64,000 nucleotides of DNA, taken from an uncultured Phycisphaerales bacterium. Lineage in GTDB: Bacteria; Planctomycetota; Phycisphaerae; Tepidisphaerales; Tepidisphaeraceae. The position numbers were made by a program, and so were the translations under genes. How positions within the stretch are numbered: position 1 is the stretch's first letter; each line of letters starts with the position of its first letter. Shown here one piece after another: positions 40,308 through 50,270 of this stretch. The notes under the pieces were generated by a model. It was given only the letters and a program-made list of their open reading frames with translations, did not search any database and was not told the DNA's origin. The stretch covers positions 3,136,001-3,200,000 of the forward strand of contig CAVWVQ010000003.1 of assembly GCA_963758525.1 (NCBI GenBank), in the 5' to 3' direction.

Positions 40308-40387
40308 GGGTGTTTCTCCGTAAGATTAGGTTATACCCGCAAATGGCCTTTTCGACAGAATGGCCGTGGGAAGCTATGATCTTAATC

Positions 40388-40759
40388 ATGGCGACCTCAA
40401 CGCGATGGCAGTATCTCGATCGCGATCCCAACTCCTCTTATCGCCAGCTTTCGATCAAGGGGCGGCGCATTAAAGCCAGGACGCTGGCCGGGGCGTTCCT
40501 TCGCGCCGATGAACCGATGACGATTGACGAGATCGCAATGAACTGGGACGTGCCGATCGAGGCGGTACGCGAGGCGATCGCATACGTCGGGTCCAAGCCG
40601 CCCGAACTTGAGCAGGATTATCGCTTCGAGGAGGCCATGGTGGAGTTGGCGGGCCACAACGATCCGGGCAGCGGGGGGCGGATGCTGCGCGCGGTACCTC
40701 CAGAGATCGAGGCGCGCCTTCGTCGCGAGATCTATGGCGGCGAGGGAGAGGCGAATTGA
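40388..40759 (+). CDS. DUF433-like antitoxin
   Basis: QLSIKGRRIKARTL...MTIDEIAMNWDVPIEAVREAIAY (DUF433 pattern); overlaps PIN gene start. Confidence 0.75.
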   Translation: MATSTRWQYLDRDPNSSYRQLSIKGRRIKARTLAGAFLRADEPMTIDEIAMNWDVPIEAVREAIAYVGSKPPELEQDYRFEEAMVELAGHNDPGSGGRMLRAVPPEIEARLRREIYGGEGEAN

Positions 40760-41118
40760 GGCTTTACCTTGACGACGACGTGGCCGCGCGGCTACTCATT
40801 CAGCTATCGCGGCAGGCGGGTCACGACGTATGGGTGCCGATTGAAAATGGAACCGACGGTCTTTCCGATGTGCGCCACTTTGTTCGGGCGATAACTGATG
40901 CACGAGTCTTGCTCACCCTCAATTATGACGATTTCAACGATTTGCATCTTCTTCTGCAAACGGCATCTGGGCGGCATCCAGGCCTGATCGTTATCCGCAA
41001 GGACAATGATTCGGCTCGAGATATGAGCCCGCGTGGCATTGTCAACGCCCTTCGCAAGCTCGAATTGACCGAATCGGTGATCGAGAATCAGTATGTAATC
41101 CTCAACTATTGGCGATAA
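40756..41118 (+). CDS. DUF5615 PIN-like toxin (VapC45-type)
   Basis: MRLYLDDD, AGHDV, SD, RVLLTLNYDDF, HPGLIVIR. Confidence 0.82.
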   Translation: MRLYLDDDVAARLLIQLSRQAGHDVWVPIENGTDGLSDVRHFVRAITDARVLLTLNYDDFNDLHLLLQTASGRHPGLIVIRKDNDSARDMSPRGIVNALRKLELTESVIENQYVILNYWR

Positions 41119-41127
41119 TCTACGACC

Positions 41128-41625
41128 ATGCCAAGCGACTCTTCATTCGACATCGTCTCGGAAATCGATCTTCAGGAACTGGATAACGCCATCAACCAGG
41201 CGGTGAAGGAAATTACCACACGGTATGACTTCAAGGGAACCGCCGCTTCGGTGACGTTTGACCGCAAGCTCAAGGAGCTGACGCTGACGGCCGACGCCGA
41301 GCAGCAGCTCGAATCCGTGCGGAAGGTCGTGATCGAGAAGATGATCAAACGCGGCGTCGATCCGAAGTCGATGGACCCGCAGAAAATCGAGCAGGCGACG
41401 CACAAGACCGTTCGCCAGCAGGTGAAGCTCAAGAGTGGGATCGACAAGGATACCGCCAAGAAAATTCAGAGGATCATCAAGGACCTGAAGCTGAAGGTCA
41501 ATGCATCGATCCAGGGGGAAGCGCTGCGCGTCAGCAGCTCCAAAAAAGACGACTTGCAGGCGGTGATGGCCCATCTGCGGGCGAATCCCGTCGGCATTCC
41601 GCTGCAATTCAACAATTACCGATAG
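41128..41625 (+). CDS. yajQ: YajQ-family nucleotide/c-di-GMP-binding protein
   Basis: SFDIVSEID.QELDNA, RYDFKG, GIDKDTAKKI, KVNASIQG..LRVS..KKDDLQ, PLQFNNYR. Confidence 0.95.
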   Translation: MPSDSSFDIVSEIDLQELDNAINQAVKEITTRYDFKGTAASVTFDRKLKELTLTADAEQQLESVRKVVIEKMIKRGVDPKSMDPQKIEQATHKTVRQQVKLKSGIDKDTAKKIQRIIKDLKLKVNASIQGEALRVSSSKKDDLQAVMAHLRANPVGIPLQFNNYR

Positions 41626-41790
41626 CTGCACGGAACAGTCGGGCTGATTCGTACCCGTGGCATGGGCTTCCAGCCCATGTAAACTGCATCGGAAGTAAAC
41701 AAATCCAGTTTCCGTCTGCTGCTGTCTGTGTTTTTCTTTCGCCGCATGCGCCAACACCGGCGGGACGGCCATGCAGGGCACCTAGTCAAG

Positions 41791-41822
41791 AAAAACCCAG
41801 GCACAAGGAGTGCCTGGGCTTT
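41791..41822 (-). terminator. Intrinsic terminator after pnp (possibly bidirectional)
   Basis: cccaggcac-aagga-gtgcctggg stem, preceded by A-run on + strand (U-run on -). Confidence 0.75.
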
Positions 41823-41851
41823 GGGGTTGACAAATTATCGACGCGACTCGC

Positions 41852-44150
41852 TCAGCGATTGTCGCGCCGGGGCCCGCGATCTCCGCCGCGCGGGGGACCG
41901 CCGCGGCCGCGATCGCCGCCACGGCCTCCGCCGTCGCGATAGCCACCGCCGCCTCCGCCGCCGCGCGGGCCGTCGTCATGACGGGGGCCGTCGTCGTGGC
42001 CGCCGGCGGGGGCGCCGACGGGTTCGGGGTCGGAAAGGCCTTCCTCTTTCATGGCCGCTTTTCGAGAGAGCTTGATGCGGCCTTGATCGTCGATGAGGAT
42101 CACCTTGACGCGAATCTCGTCACCCATGTTGACGAAATCCGTGACGTTCTGCACGTAGCGATCCGACAACTCGCTGACATGACACAGGCCGTCCGTCTCC
42201 GGCGCGATCTCGACGAACGCCCCGAAGTCCTTGATGCTGACGACCCGGCCGGCGTAGATCTTGCCGACCTTCACTTCGGCGGTCATCGCCTCGATGATGT
42301 CGCGGCAGCGCTCAGCGGCGGCGCCGTCCACAGCCGAGACATAGACGGTCCCGTCGTCCTCGATATCGATCTGCGCCGGTGTCGGCTTGCAGCTTCTTGA
42401 TGTTCTTGCCGCCGGGCCCGATGATTTTGCCGATCTTTTCCGGATCGATCTTCAGCGTCAGCAGACGCGGCGCGTACGGGCTGATCTCCTTGCGGGGCGC
42501 GCTGAGGGTCTCGGCCATCTTTTCGAGAATAATCAGGCGGGCCGCCTTGGCACGGTGCAACGTCTCGCGAATGATCTTGTGGTCGATGCCCTCGGTCTTG
42601 ATGTCGAGCTGAATGGCGGTGATGCCGTCGCGCGTGCCGCAGACTTTGAAGTCCATGTCGCCGAAGTGATCTTCCTCGCCGAGGATGTCGGTCAGCAGGG
42701 CGGTCCGCTCGCCTTCCTGAACCAGGCCGACAGAGATCCCGGCGACGGGCTTGGTGATGGGGACGCCGGCGTCCATCATGGCCAGGGTTCCGCAGCAACT
42801 GCTGGCCATGGAGCTGGAGCCGTTGGATTCGAGAATGTCGCTGATGATGCGAACGGTGTAGGGAAACTGCTCGACGCCGGGCAGCACCGCGATCAGGCTG
42901 CGCTCGGCGAGCGCACCGTGTCCGATTTCCCGTCGGCCGGGGCCGCGGATCGGCCGCACTTCGCCGACGCTGTAGCTGGGGAAGTTGTAATGCAGCATGA
43001 ACTTCTGGCTGTATTCCTCGGTGAGGCCGTCCACCATCTGCTCGTCGCTGCTGGTGCCGAGGGTGACGGTGCACATCGCCTGGGTTTCGCCGCGGGAGAA
43101 GACGGCTGAGCCGTGCACGCGCGGGAGAACGCCCACTTGCGAGGAGATCGGGCGGATGGATTCGTAGTCACGCCCGTCGGGACGAACGCCGTTGAGAATC
43201 GCCTCGCGCGTCACGTGCTCTTCAACTTCGGAAAAGACGGCGCGAATCTGCTTTTGCTTCTCTTTAGTGGCGACGATCAAAGCGTAGCTTCCGTTCGGAT
43301 CGGTGACATTGGGAGCCAACTCGGCAATCACATCGGCCAGGATCTGCTTGACCGCATCGGCGCGATCGGCTTTGCCGGGCTTGCCCTTGACCTCACGGAT
43401 CTTGTCCGTGACTCGGCTCTTGATCGCGTCAACCAGCGCCGCATCCGGCTGTTTGATCACTCCAACTTTTTCCCGCGGCGACTTCGATTGCAGCTCCTCG
43501 ATCATCCCGACGATTTCGACGACCGCGCGATGACCGAATTCGATCGCGTCGGCGACAACATCTTCGGCCAGCTCGCGCGAGCCGACTTCGATCATGTTGA
43601 CGAAGTGCTTGGTTCCAGCGACCACCAGGTCCAGATCGCTGTATTCCAGTTGCTCGGTGGTCGGATTGAGCACGAACTGCCCTTCGACGCGCCCGACGCG
43701 CACATGGGCGGTCGGATGGAGGAAGGGGATGTCGCTGATGGCGACCGCGGCGCTGGCGGCGATGCCAGCGAAAATGTCCGGATCGTTCTGCTGGTCAAAC
43801 GCCAGTACGTTAAGATGGATCTGCACTTCGTCCATGAACCCTTTGGGGAACAGCGGACGCAGGGGCCGGTCGATGAGACGAGCGGTGAGAATTTCCTTGG
43901 TGGTGGGGCGCCCTTCACGCTTCATGAATCCGCCGGGAAACTTCCCGGCCGCGGCGCGGCGCTCACGGTAATCCACCTGCAGGGGGAAAAAGTCGATTCC
44001 TTCGCGGGGAAGGGCCCGGACAACAGCTCCGAAGACGACAGTGTCGGCATATTGCACGGTGACAGCGCCGTCGGCCAGTTTCGCGAGCGAGCCGGTCTCA
44101 ATGGCCAGCGTGCGCCCGCCGATCTGGCGTTCAACTCGAATTGCTTGCAT
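41852..44150 (-). CDS. pnp: Polyribonucleotide nucleotidyltransferase (PNPase); apparent frameshift near 42370 in the KH domain
   Basis: DFFPLQVDYRE, RLIDRPLRPLF, RREIGHGALAER, ESNGSSSMAS, EDHFGDMDFKV, IGPGGKNIK; S1 domain FGAFVEI...GLCHVSEL in ORF 41852-42331. Confidence 0.95.
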
Positions 44151-44437
44151 GAAAAATGTTCCTCTTCGGCCTCGCAATGGTATGAAATTCATGCCGGCGG
44201 CAGGGAAGAGAAAAAGTAAAAAGGAAAGTGCAAAAATCAGTGGCTTGGGCTCGGTGGATAGTGATGGCGAAGCGAACAAAACGCTCACTTGCACGCTATC
44301 CACTATCAAACGTCCACTATCAACTGCGTTTGCGTTTTCCTTTTTACTCCTTCCTTCCTTTATCGCCCTAAGGGCGTCTGCTCCCGCGCTGGATCGAAGA
44401 CGGAGGCCGAAGTCGGATCGGCGCGGGCCGGCGTATC

Positions 44438-44467
44438 AATAAAATCGGGCACGCGCTCGCGTGCCCG
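44438..44467 (-). terminator. Intrinsic terminator/attenuator after rpsO
   Basis: Minus strand cgggcacgc-gagc-gcgtgcccg followed by attttatt. Confidence 0.6.
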
Positions 44468-44477
44468 GTGGTATACG

Positions 44478-44747
44478 TTATTTTCTCAGTCCGAGTCGGC
44501 CGATGATCTGCCGATACCTGGTCCGATCCTCTCGCGTCAGGTATTTGAGCAGACTGTTTCGTTTCCCGACCATCTTCAGCAGTCCGCGCCGCGAGGAGTG
44601 GTCTTTCTTATGGGTTTTGAGGTGCTCGGTCAGCTCGGTAATGCGCTGGGTGAGCAGCGCGATCTGCACCTCGGGAGACCCGGTGTCCTTCTCGTGAATC
44701 TTGTAATCGGAAAGGATCTTGGCTTTGGACTCTGCGGCAATGGCCAT
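44478..44747 (-). CDS. rpsO: 30S ribosomal protein S15
   Basis: [43 protein letters not shown], 89 aa, upstream of pnp. Confidence 0.98.
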   Translation of the reverse strand: MAIAAESKAKILSDYKIHEKDTGSPEVQIALLTQRITELTEHLKTHKKDHSSRRGLLKMVGKRNSLLKYLTREDRTRYRQIIGRLGLRK

Positions 44748-44762
44748 CGGTAAAAACTCCTA

Positions 44763-44815
44763 GACACCAGATCGCCAGCGCCAGCCGGCAGATCGGTCAT
44801 TGTAGGAACCGTGTC
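44763..44815 (-). promoter_or_regulatory. Candidate S15-binding mRNA leader (three-way junction)
   Basis: Minus strand GACAC [GGUU-CCUACAAU-GACC] [GAUC U GCCGGC-UGGC-GCUGGC GAUC] UG GUGUC, abutting SD AGGAG. Confidence 0.5.
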
Positions 44816-44843
44816 GCGCGTGCGACCAAACGGTGAAGGGGAA

Positions 44844-44872
44844 ATCGTAGTGGAGGGCGGGGGAGTTTGCAA
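44844..44872 (-). promoter_or_regulatory. Sigma-70-type promoter for rpsO-pnp
   Basis: Minus strand TTGCAA-17 nt-TACGAT. Confidence 0.55.
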
Positions 44873-45118
44873 GCAGGCAGGATCGCGTGTTTGGCGCCGA
44901 CAGGAATCCGGGGCGTGTCTGGGGGACGACGTCACATTCACGCCGGGACAGAGCGTACTCGTGCCGTCCCGGATGTTCGTCGGGTCCCGCGTCAAAGCTT
45001 CTGTCTTGCGAAAAACCCATCGGATGTGGGCGTAGCTCTTCATCTGCCGAGTTGCGCGACGAAGTCGGCCCGCAGGCTGCAAGACCACACCACAAATATG
45101 AGAGAAGGACGCGAGCCG

Positions 45119-45511
45119 CTACGCCGGCGTGGCCAGCAGCTTCTCAGCCGTCGAAATCAGCCGATCCATCTTCACCGGCTTGTTGAAATATTCACTGACG
45201 CCCAGGCTCTGCGCAAAAGTCTTGTGGCGCGAGCCCTGGTTGCCGGTGATCATGATGACGAACGGCTTGGAATCTTTGGGCTTCTTGGCTTTGATTTTTT
45301 CGAGAACGAGAAAGCCGCTGCGGCCGGGGAGCATCATGTCGAGCACAACCAGATCGGGGTGGCTCTTCTCAGCCATCTCGACGGCTTTGTTGCCGTTGGC
45401 GGCGGTTTCGATCGTCGCGCCGGTTGGCTCGAACGCCGCCTGCATGCTGGAGAGAATGTCGTGATCGTCGTCGACCAGAAGAATTTGCTTGCCCTTGAGT
45501 GTCTCGCTCAT
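45119..45511 (-). CDS. Single-domain response regulator (receiver)
   Basis: ILLVDDD, PDLVVLDMMLPGRSG, VIMITG, YFNKP; SD GGAGGT. Confidence 0.92.
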   Translation of the reverse strand: MSETLKGKQILLVDDDHDILSSMQAAFEPTGATIETAANGNKAVEMAEKSHPDLVVLDMMLPGRSGFLVLEKIKAKKPKDSKPFVIMITGNQGSRHKTFAQSLGVSEYFNKPVKMDRLISTAEKLLATPA

Positions 45512-45601
45512 AACCAACCTCCACGCCCAATCTTATGCAAGTGTCGGTTCTCAGGCGCAATTGTCAAGAAACCCGCGGGAAACGTCCGATAAATATCGGA
45601 A

Positions 45602-46498
45602 GTGAGTCAAGTGAGATCATCACCGATTGTCGTCCTCGACAGCGGTCTGGGAGGCCTCACGGTGGTGCGGGCCCTTCGCAGAGTGCTGCCGGGCGAGGAC
45701 ATCGTCTATTTCGGCGACACCGCCCGTCTTCCCTACGGCTCAAAAACAGCAGCGACGGTCACCGGTTTCGTCAGGCAGATCATCGGCTACCTTGAGCCGT
45801 TGCGGCCCAAGCATGTGGTGATCGCCTGCAACACCGCAACGGCGCTGGCGCTGCCGGCAATGCGCGCCCAATTTCCGGGTTTGTCGATCAGCGGCGTGAT
45901 CGATCCGGGAGCGAAGGCGGCGATCATTGCCGCGGGGGCCAAGGCGTATCCGATCCTCGGCATCATCGCTACCGAAGCCACGATCCGCTCCAAAGCGTAT
46001 GAGCGTGCGATCCACCGGCTTCGACAGCACGCGCGACTGCTGCTCTGTGCGACGCCGTTGCTGGTGCCGATTATCGAAGACGGGCGGCGGCCGAGCGATC
46101 CGCTGGTGCAATTGGCACTGGCGCAATATCTGGCGCCGTTGCTCAAGCACAAAATGGATGTGCTCGTGCTCGGGTGCACGCATTATCCGATCTTCAAGGA
46201 TCTGATTGTCGAGAAGGTTGGCGCACGCGTTCGCGTAATTGACTCAGCCGAGAAGTGCGCCGATGATGTCGCGCGACGCCTCAAGGGCGGCTCGTTGCTT
46301 CGCGCTGAAGCTGCATCGGACGGCGGCATGCACGTTCGGCAGGGAATATTGCGGTGCTTTGTCACGGATGATCCCAAGCGATTCGCGGCGCTGGCTCCGC
46401 GGTTTTTGGGCTGTGGAATCGGAGCGCCGACCCTGGTTTCGCCTGAAGAATTGGCCGCTCAACGCGCCGCGGTGATGCCAATCAGCGTGCCGGCGTAG
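45602..46498 (+). CDS. murI: Glutamate racemase
   Basis: DSGLGGLTV, YFGDTARLPYGSK, VIACNTATA, LVLGCTHYP, IDSA. Confidence 0.95.
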   Translation: MSQVRSSPIVVLDSGLGGLTVVRALRRVLPGEDIVYFGDTARLPYGSKTAATVTGFVRQIIGYLEPLRPKHVVIACNTATALALPAMRAQFPGLSISGVIDPGAKAAIIAAGAKAYPILGIIATEATIRSKAYERAIHRLRQHARLLLCATPLLVPIIEDGRRPSDPLVQLALAQYLAPLLKHKMDVLVLGCTHYPIFKDLIVEKVGARVRVIDSAEKCADDVARRLKGGSLLRAEAASDGGMHVRQGILRCFVTDDPKRFAALAPRFLGCGIGAPTLVSPEELAAQRAAVMPISVPA

Positions 46499-46520
46499 GT
46501 TAAAGTTCGGTTCACAACCT

Positions 46521-46600
46521 CACGCCGAGTCTGAGGTAATCCGAAGGCTCGGATCGGACGCCGAAAATCCGAGCCTTCGGAGTACCTCAGACTCGGCGTG
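46521..46600. repeat. REPIN (CACGCCGAGTCTGAGGTA family), 34-bp arms with 1 mismatch
   Basis: 46521-46554 / 46567-46600; second copy at 51576-51656. Confidence 0.8.
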
Positions 46601-46652
46601 GCAGCTGGATTTGCCGCTTTAAAACCGTACTCAAACGCACAAAGTTGATCTG

Positions 46653-47443
46653 ATGCGACCAAAGTTATCTCTCCTCCTTCTCGTTTTTTTATCGACCGCG
46701 CTCGGCTGCGCAAAACCGCCCGGCCGATATCGACGCCCACTCGAATGAGCCGCGCTTCGCCGATGTGGATGAGGACGTCGCGCCCCCGCCCGACGTCGTG
46801 GTGCGGAGCCTCGACTACCTTGAGATTGGCATCGGCAAAGTCTTCTCCGTGATTGCGGATGTTCCGGTCAGCATCTGGGACTGGGCCCACCAGGAGAAGC
46901 CCAGCGACGCGGCCCGGCAGATGGAAGACTCCGCCTCGGCCGACAACCGCAGGCGCGGAATTAACGAACTGGTCGACTACAGCTTTGCACGCCGGGCTCC
47001 GTACACCGACCGCTATCGGCAAATCGGACTGCTCGATCCCGATCCCACCGTGCGGGCGGTGGCGATTCGCGCTGAACCGCTCGCGCGACGCGAATTCGAT
47101 CAGCGTCTGGCAGCAGGCCTTGTCCGATGTGAGCCCGCTGGTGCGGCTGGAGGCTGCCAAGGCGCTTGTGCATATTCCCAGTCCCGACGCCGCGCAGACG
47201 CTGGGGAAAATGCTGTCGGATCACTCCGAAGACCGCGACGTGCGCATTGCCGCCGCGGACGCTCTGCAGCACTACCACACATTGCCAACGGCCCGCATGC
47301 TGAGCGTCGCGCTTGGCGAGCGTGACTTCGCAATCGCCTGGCAAAGCCGTCGAAGCCTCCGCATTCTCACCGGCCGCGATTTCGGATACGACCAGGCCGG
47401 ATGGCTCGATTATTTCACGGGACCGGAGAAGCCGTTTCAGTAG
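46653..47443 (+). CDS. HEAT-repeat lipoprotein; two apparent frameshifts (near 46720 and 47073)
   Basis: MRPKLSLLLLVFLSTALGC lipobox; joins ORF 46765 (DPDPTVRAVAIRA) then ORF 46853 (DVSPLVRLEAAKAL, DRDVRIAAADAL, LTGRDFGYD). Confidence 0.75.
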
Positions 47444-47499
47444 GATGCGGAACGCCAGTGCCGGCACGCTGTTCAGCACAACTCGATGAGGCACGGTTC

Positions 47500-47717
47500 A
47501 AACCCGAATGACGAAACCCGAAACCAGAATCAAGCCCGAATGACGAAGTCCGAATGTTGCGCTGTCGATCTACAGTATCGTACGGTTAATTGAACGACCT
47601 TCATGGCGCGGGTGGATGTCCATTCGCCCGACAACTTCCTTCGACGAATCCCCATTTCGTCATTCTGATTTCGTCATTCGAGCTTGATTCTGGTTTCTGG
47701 TTTCGTCATTCGGATTT
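47500..47717. repeat. GAATGAC-heptamer inverted-repeat element, empty form
   Basis: Left arm aaacccgaatgacgaaacccgaaaccagaatcaa (47500-47533); right arm 47684-47717 is its reverse complement with 2 mismatches. Confidence 0.8.
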
Positions 47718-47723
47718 CGCCTC

Positions 47724-48677
47724 ATGCGCACCCTGGTGTTCGACAAAACCCTCTCCTTCGACCCGCGACGTCCGGAGCCGGACGTTGCCGGCGGCGATAC
47801 GCTCCTGCGTGTCCGTCAGGCCGGGATCTGCGCGACCGATCTGGAAATCTCCAAGGGGTACATGGGCTTCCGCGGCATCCTCGGACACGAGTTTGTCGCC
47901 GATGTGGTGAGCGGGCCGGACAAGGATCTGATCGGGCAGCGGGTGGTGGGGGAGATCAATATTGTCTGCGGCCGATGCGATCTGTGTCTTTCGGGCTTGA
48001 GCACGCATTGCCGCAACCGATCGGTGCTGGGGATTCTGAATCATGACGGGGCGTTTGCCGAATATGTCAGACTTCCGCGGGTGAATCTGCATGTTGTGCC
48101 GAAGACCGTCGATGACGATGCCGCGGTCTTCGTCGAGCCGCTGGCGGCGGCGTATCAAGTGCTCAAGCAGGTGCAGATCGACTCGCGCAAATGGGTGACC
48201 GTGCTCGGAGACGGCCGCCTGGGACTGCTGGTGGCGCAGGTGATCCGCGAGACCGGCTGCCAGATCCGGGTCGTCGGAAAACATCCGCAAAAACTCGGCC
48301 TGTGCGAGAAGTGGTCGATCAAGTCACGATCGGTGACCGACATCGTGCCGCGGCACGACCAGGATGTCGTCGTGGACTGCACGGGCAGCGCGGCAGGCAT
48401 CGAGTTGGCGATGCAGATGGTCCGTCCGCGCGGAGTGATCGTGCTCAAAAGCACGGTGGCGACGGGAAGACCGCTGAACCTTGCGCCGGCGGTCATCGAC
48501 GAAGTGCAGATCATCGGCAGCCGCTGCGGCCCATTCCGCGAGGCGCTGACGGCACTGGCGGAAAAGCGAATCGACGTCGCGAGCCTCATTCATCGGCGCA
48601 TGAAAATCGAGCAGGGAGTTGAGGCCATGGAGCTTGCGGGAAGGCCGGGGGTGCTCAAAGTGCTCTTGACGATGTAG
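47724..48677 (+). CDS. Zinc-dependent medium-chain alcohol dehydrogenase-like protein
   Basis: GICATD, LGHEFV, CGRCDLC...HC, EPLAAA, GDGRLG, VVDCTG, GSRCGPF. Confidence 0.9.
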   Translation: MRTLVFDKTLSFDPRRPEPDVAGGDTLLRVRQAGICATDLEISKGYMGFRGILGHEFVADVVSGPDKDLIGQRVVGEINIVCGRCDLCLSGLSTHCRNRSVLGILNHDGAFAEYVRLPRVNLHVVPKTVDDDAAVFVEPLAAAYQVLKQVQIDSRKWVTVLGDGRLGLLVAQVIRETGCQIRVVGKHPQKLGLCEKWSIKSRSVTDIVPRHDQDVVVDCTGSAAGIELAMQMVRPRGVIVLKSTVATGRPLNLAPAVIDEVQIIGSRCGPFREALTALAEKRIDVASLIHRRMKIEQGVEAMELAGRPGVLKVLLTM

Positions 48678-48693
48678 CCGCCACTTTTGGCGA

Positions 48694-49315
48694 AAACCCG
48701 AATGACGAAACCCGAAACCAGAATCAAATAATCAAATCCAAATGACGAATGACCGAATGACGCAGCGGTATGAGGCAGTGGGACAGTCAACATTATTATG
48801 TATCTGCCGCGATTGATCGATAAGATGATCTAATGGAGTCCCAGCCGCTCGAATACGCGAAGCCGAGTGCGGAAGCGTCGGTTCCTTTTGCCCGCATAGC
48901 CTTGCTGTCAGCCCTGGCGAATTGCGCGGGCTTTTATTTTGTTGCTTCCCATATCGTCGTCAACGGCACCTATGGCGGCATTGACGGCCTGAACGGCTTT
49001 GGAGCAATCGGCATCACTCTCTGTAGTTTGCTGGACATCGTAGCGGTGCTCGTATGCGGTGTGGCGATGATCGCCGAGACTCCGCGGCGACGTTGGCAAT
49101 TGCTGTTGTTGCTGCCGCTACTCGCGTGGCCGACGCTTGGCCTTTTTACGCTCGGAGACACTGGCCCCTTTCCAGCCCTCCGATGATTTGTGTAGCGCGG
49201 TCACGCGCGTATTCGGCGCGAGAGATACGAGAGACGCCAAATTACCTGAACACGCAACATTCGGTCATTGGTCATTCTGGTTTGATTCTGATTTCTGGCT
49301 TCGTCATTCTGTTTT
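48694..49315. repeat. GAATGAC-heptamer inverted-repeat element enclosing a gene
   Basis: Left arm 48694-48727 identical (34/34) to 47500-47533; right arm 49282-49315 reverse complement with 5 mismatches; encloses ORF 48833-49186. Confidence 0.75.
48833..49186 (+). CDS. Small hypothetical membrane protein (about 3 TM)
   Basis: MESQPLEYAKP then three hydrophobic segments. Confidence 0.65.
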   Translation: MESQPLEYAKPSAEASVPFARIALLSALANCAGFYFVASHIVVNGTYGGIDGLNGFGAIGITLCSLLDIVAVLVCGVAMIAETPRRRWQLLLLLPLLAWPTLGLFTLGDTGPFPALR

Positions 49316-49366
49316 CCGCACGACCCAACCTTCCGAATTTACCGACAGTGACATAGTATTGCGGCA

Positions 49367-50026
49367 ATGGCCAAAGATTTGGCAATCATTCTCAACAGCG
49401 GCAGCATCAATTCCGCGGTTGTCACGGCAATGGCGATGCAGCGCTATCGGCCGATCTTTGTCCACCTGGCGAGCAACCCCCAGTCCGAGTCGCGGTTGCA
49501 GGCTGCGTACGAACAGCAGGTCTCGCACTTCAAGCCATATCGCGAGCATACCCTCGTGATGCCGGCGATCGCGCCGGTGTCGGGCGGCGCGGCCGCCGCG
49601 TCAGTGGCGGCCGATCCGCGTGCCAAGGGACATCTCTCGCTTCAACTGATCGAGTTGCTCCCTCTGCTCTCGGTCGGAGCACGCCTGGCCTCGCACTATC
49701 AGGCGTCGGCCGTCTACTTTGGATTGCGGGCCGGGACACAAAGTGACGACCTTGCCACGGCGACAGAATTCGTGCAGGTGTGGAACGAATTGCTTCAGCT
49801 TCCCTGCGGTCAGCCAGACCTGGAGTTGACGGCGCCGCTCATGGAACTGGAGTTCTGGCAGGTGGTGGATCTTGGGTTTCAAACGTCAGCCCCTCTGGAG
49901 AAGACCTGGAGTTGCGATGATGACGGAGCCGAACCATGCTGGGCCTGTCGAGGCTGCCGAGCCCGCGAAGCCGCCTTTCAGCAGGCGGGGAAGCCGGATG
50001 CGCTGCATGGGGTCAGGAAGATCTAA
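49367..50026 (+). CDS. QueC-like (7-cyano-7-deazaguanine synthase fold) protein with divergent PP-loop
   Basis: AIILNSGSINSAV (cf. SGGxDS), APLM, APLEKTWSC....PCWACRGCRARE.AF..AG..D. Confidence 0.75.
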   Translation: MAKDLAIILNSGSINSAVVTAMAMQRYRPIFVHLASNPQSESRLQAAYEQQVSHFKPYREHTLVMPAIAPVSGGAAAASVAADPRAKGHLSLQLIELLPLLSVGARLASHYQASAVYFGLRAGTQSDDLATATEFVQVWNELLQLPCGQPDLELTAPLMELEFWQVVDLGFQTSAPLEKTWSCDDDGAEPCWACRGCRAREAAFQQAGKPDALHGVRKI

Positions 50027-50270
50027 GTGGAGCAGGTGCCAGCAGTTTCTGGACCCGCGTCAGGCTCGAAGTCCATCCGCCGGCCGAAACTGCGCTGACA
50101 CGTGTGCGCGTGTGCGCGGTTGAACCACAATCCACATCATAAAGATGGTATAATTATCTTTGCGCGAGGGCTTCAGGCCGATTTACTCACGTTACACCAT
50201 CTCAACTGTCTCCATTACTGACAGTTGCACCAAGACTGGATTCCCGGTCCCCGCATCACGGGAGGCTCCC

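Noticed and set aside
42340..42400. Programmed frameshift in pnp
   Set aside because: No slippery sequence; one missing base restores the conserved KH motif IDIEDDG, matching the window-wide indel pattern
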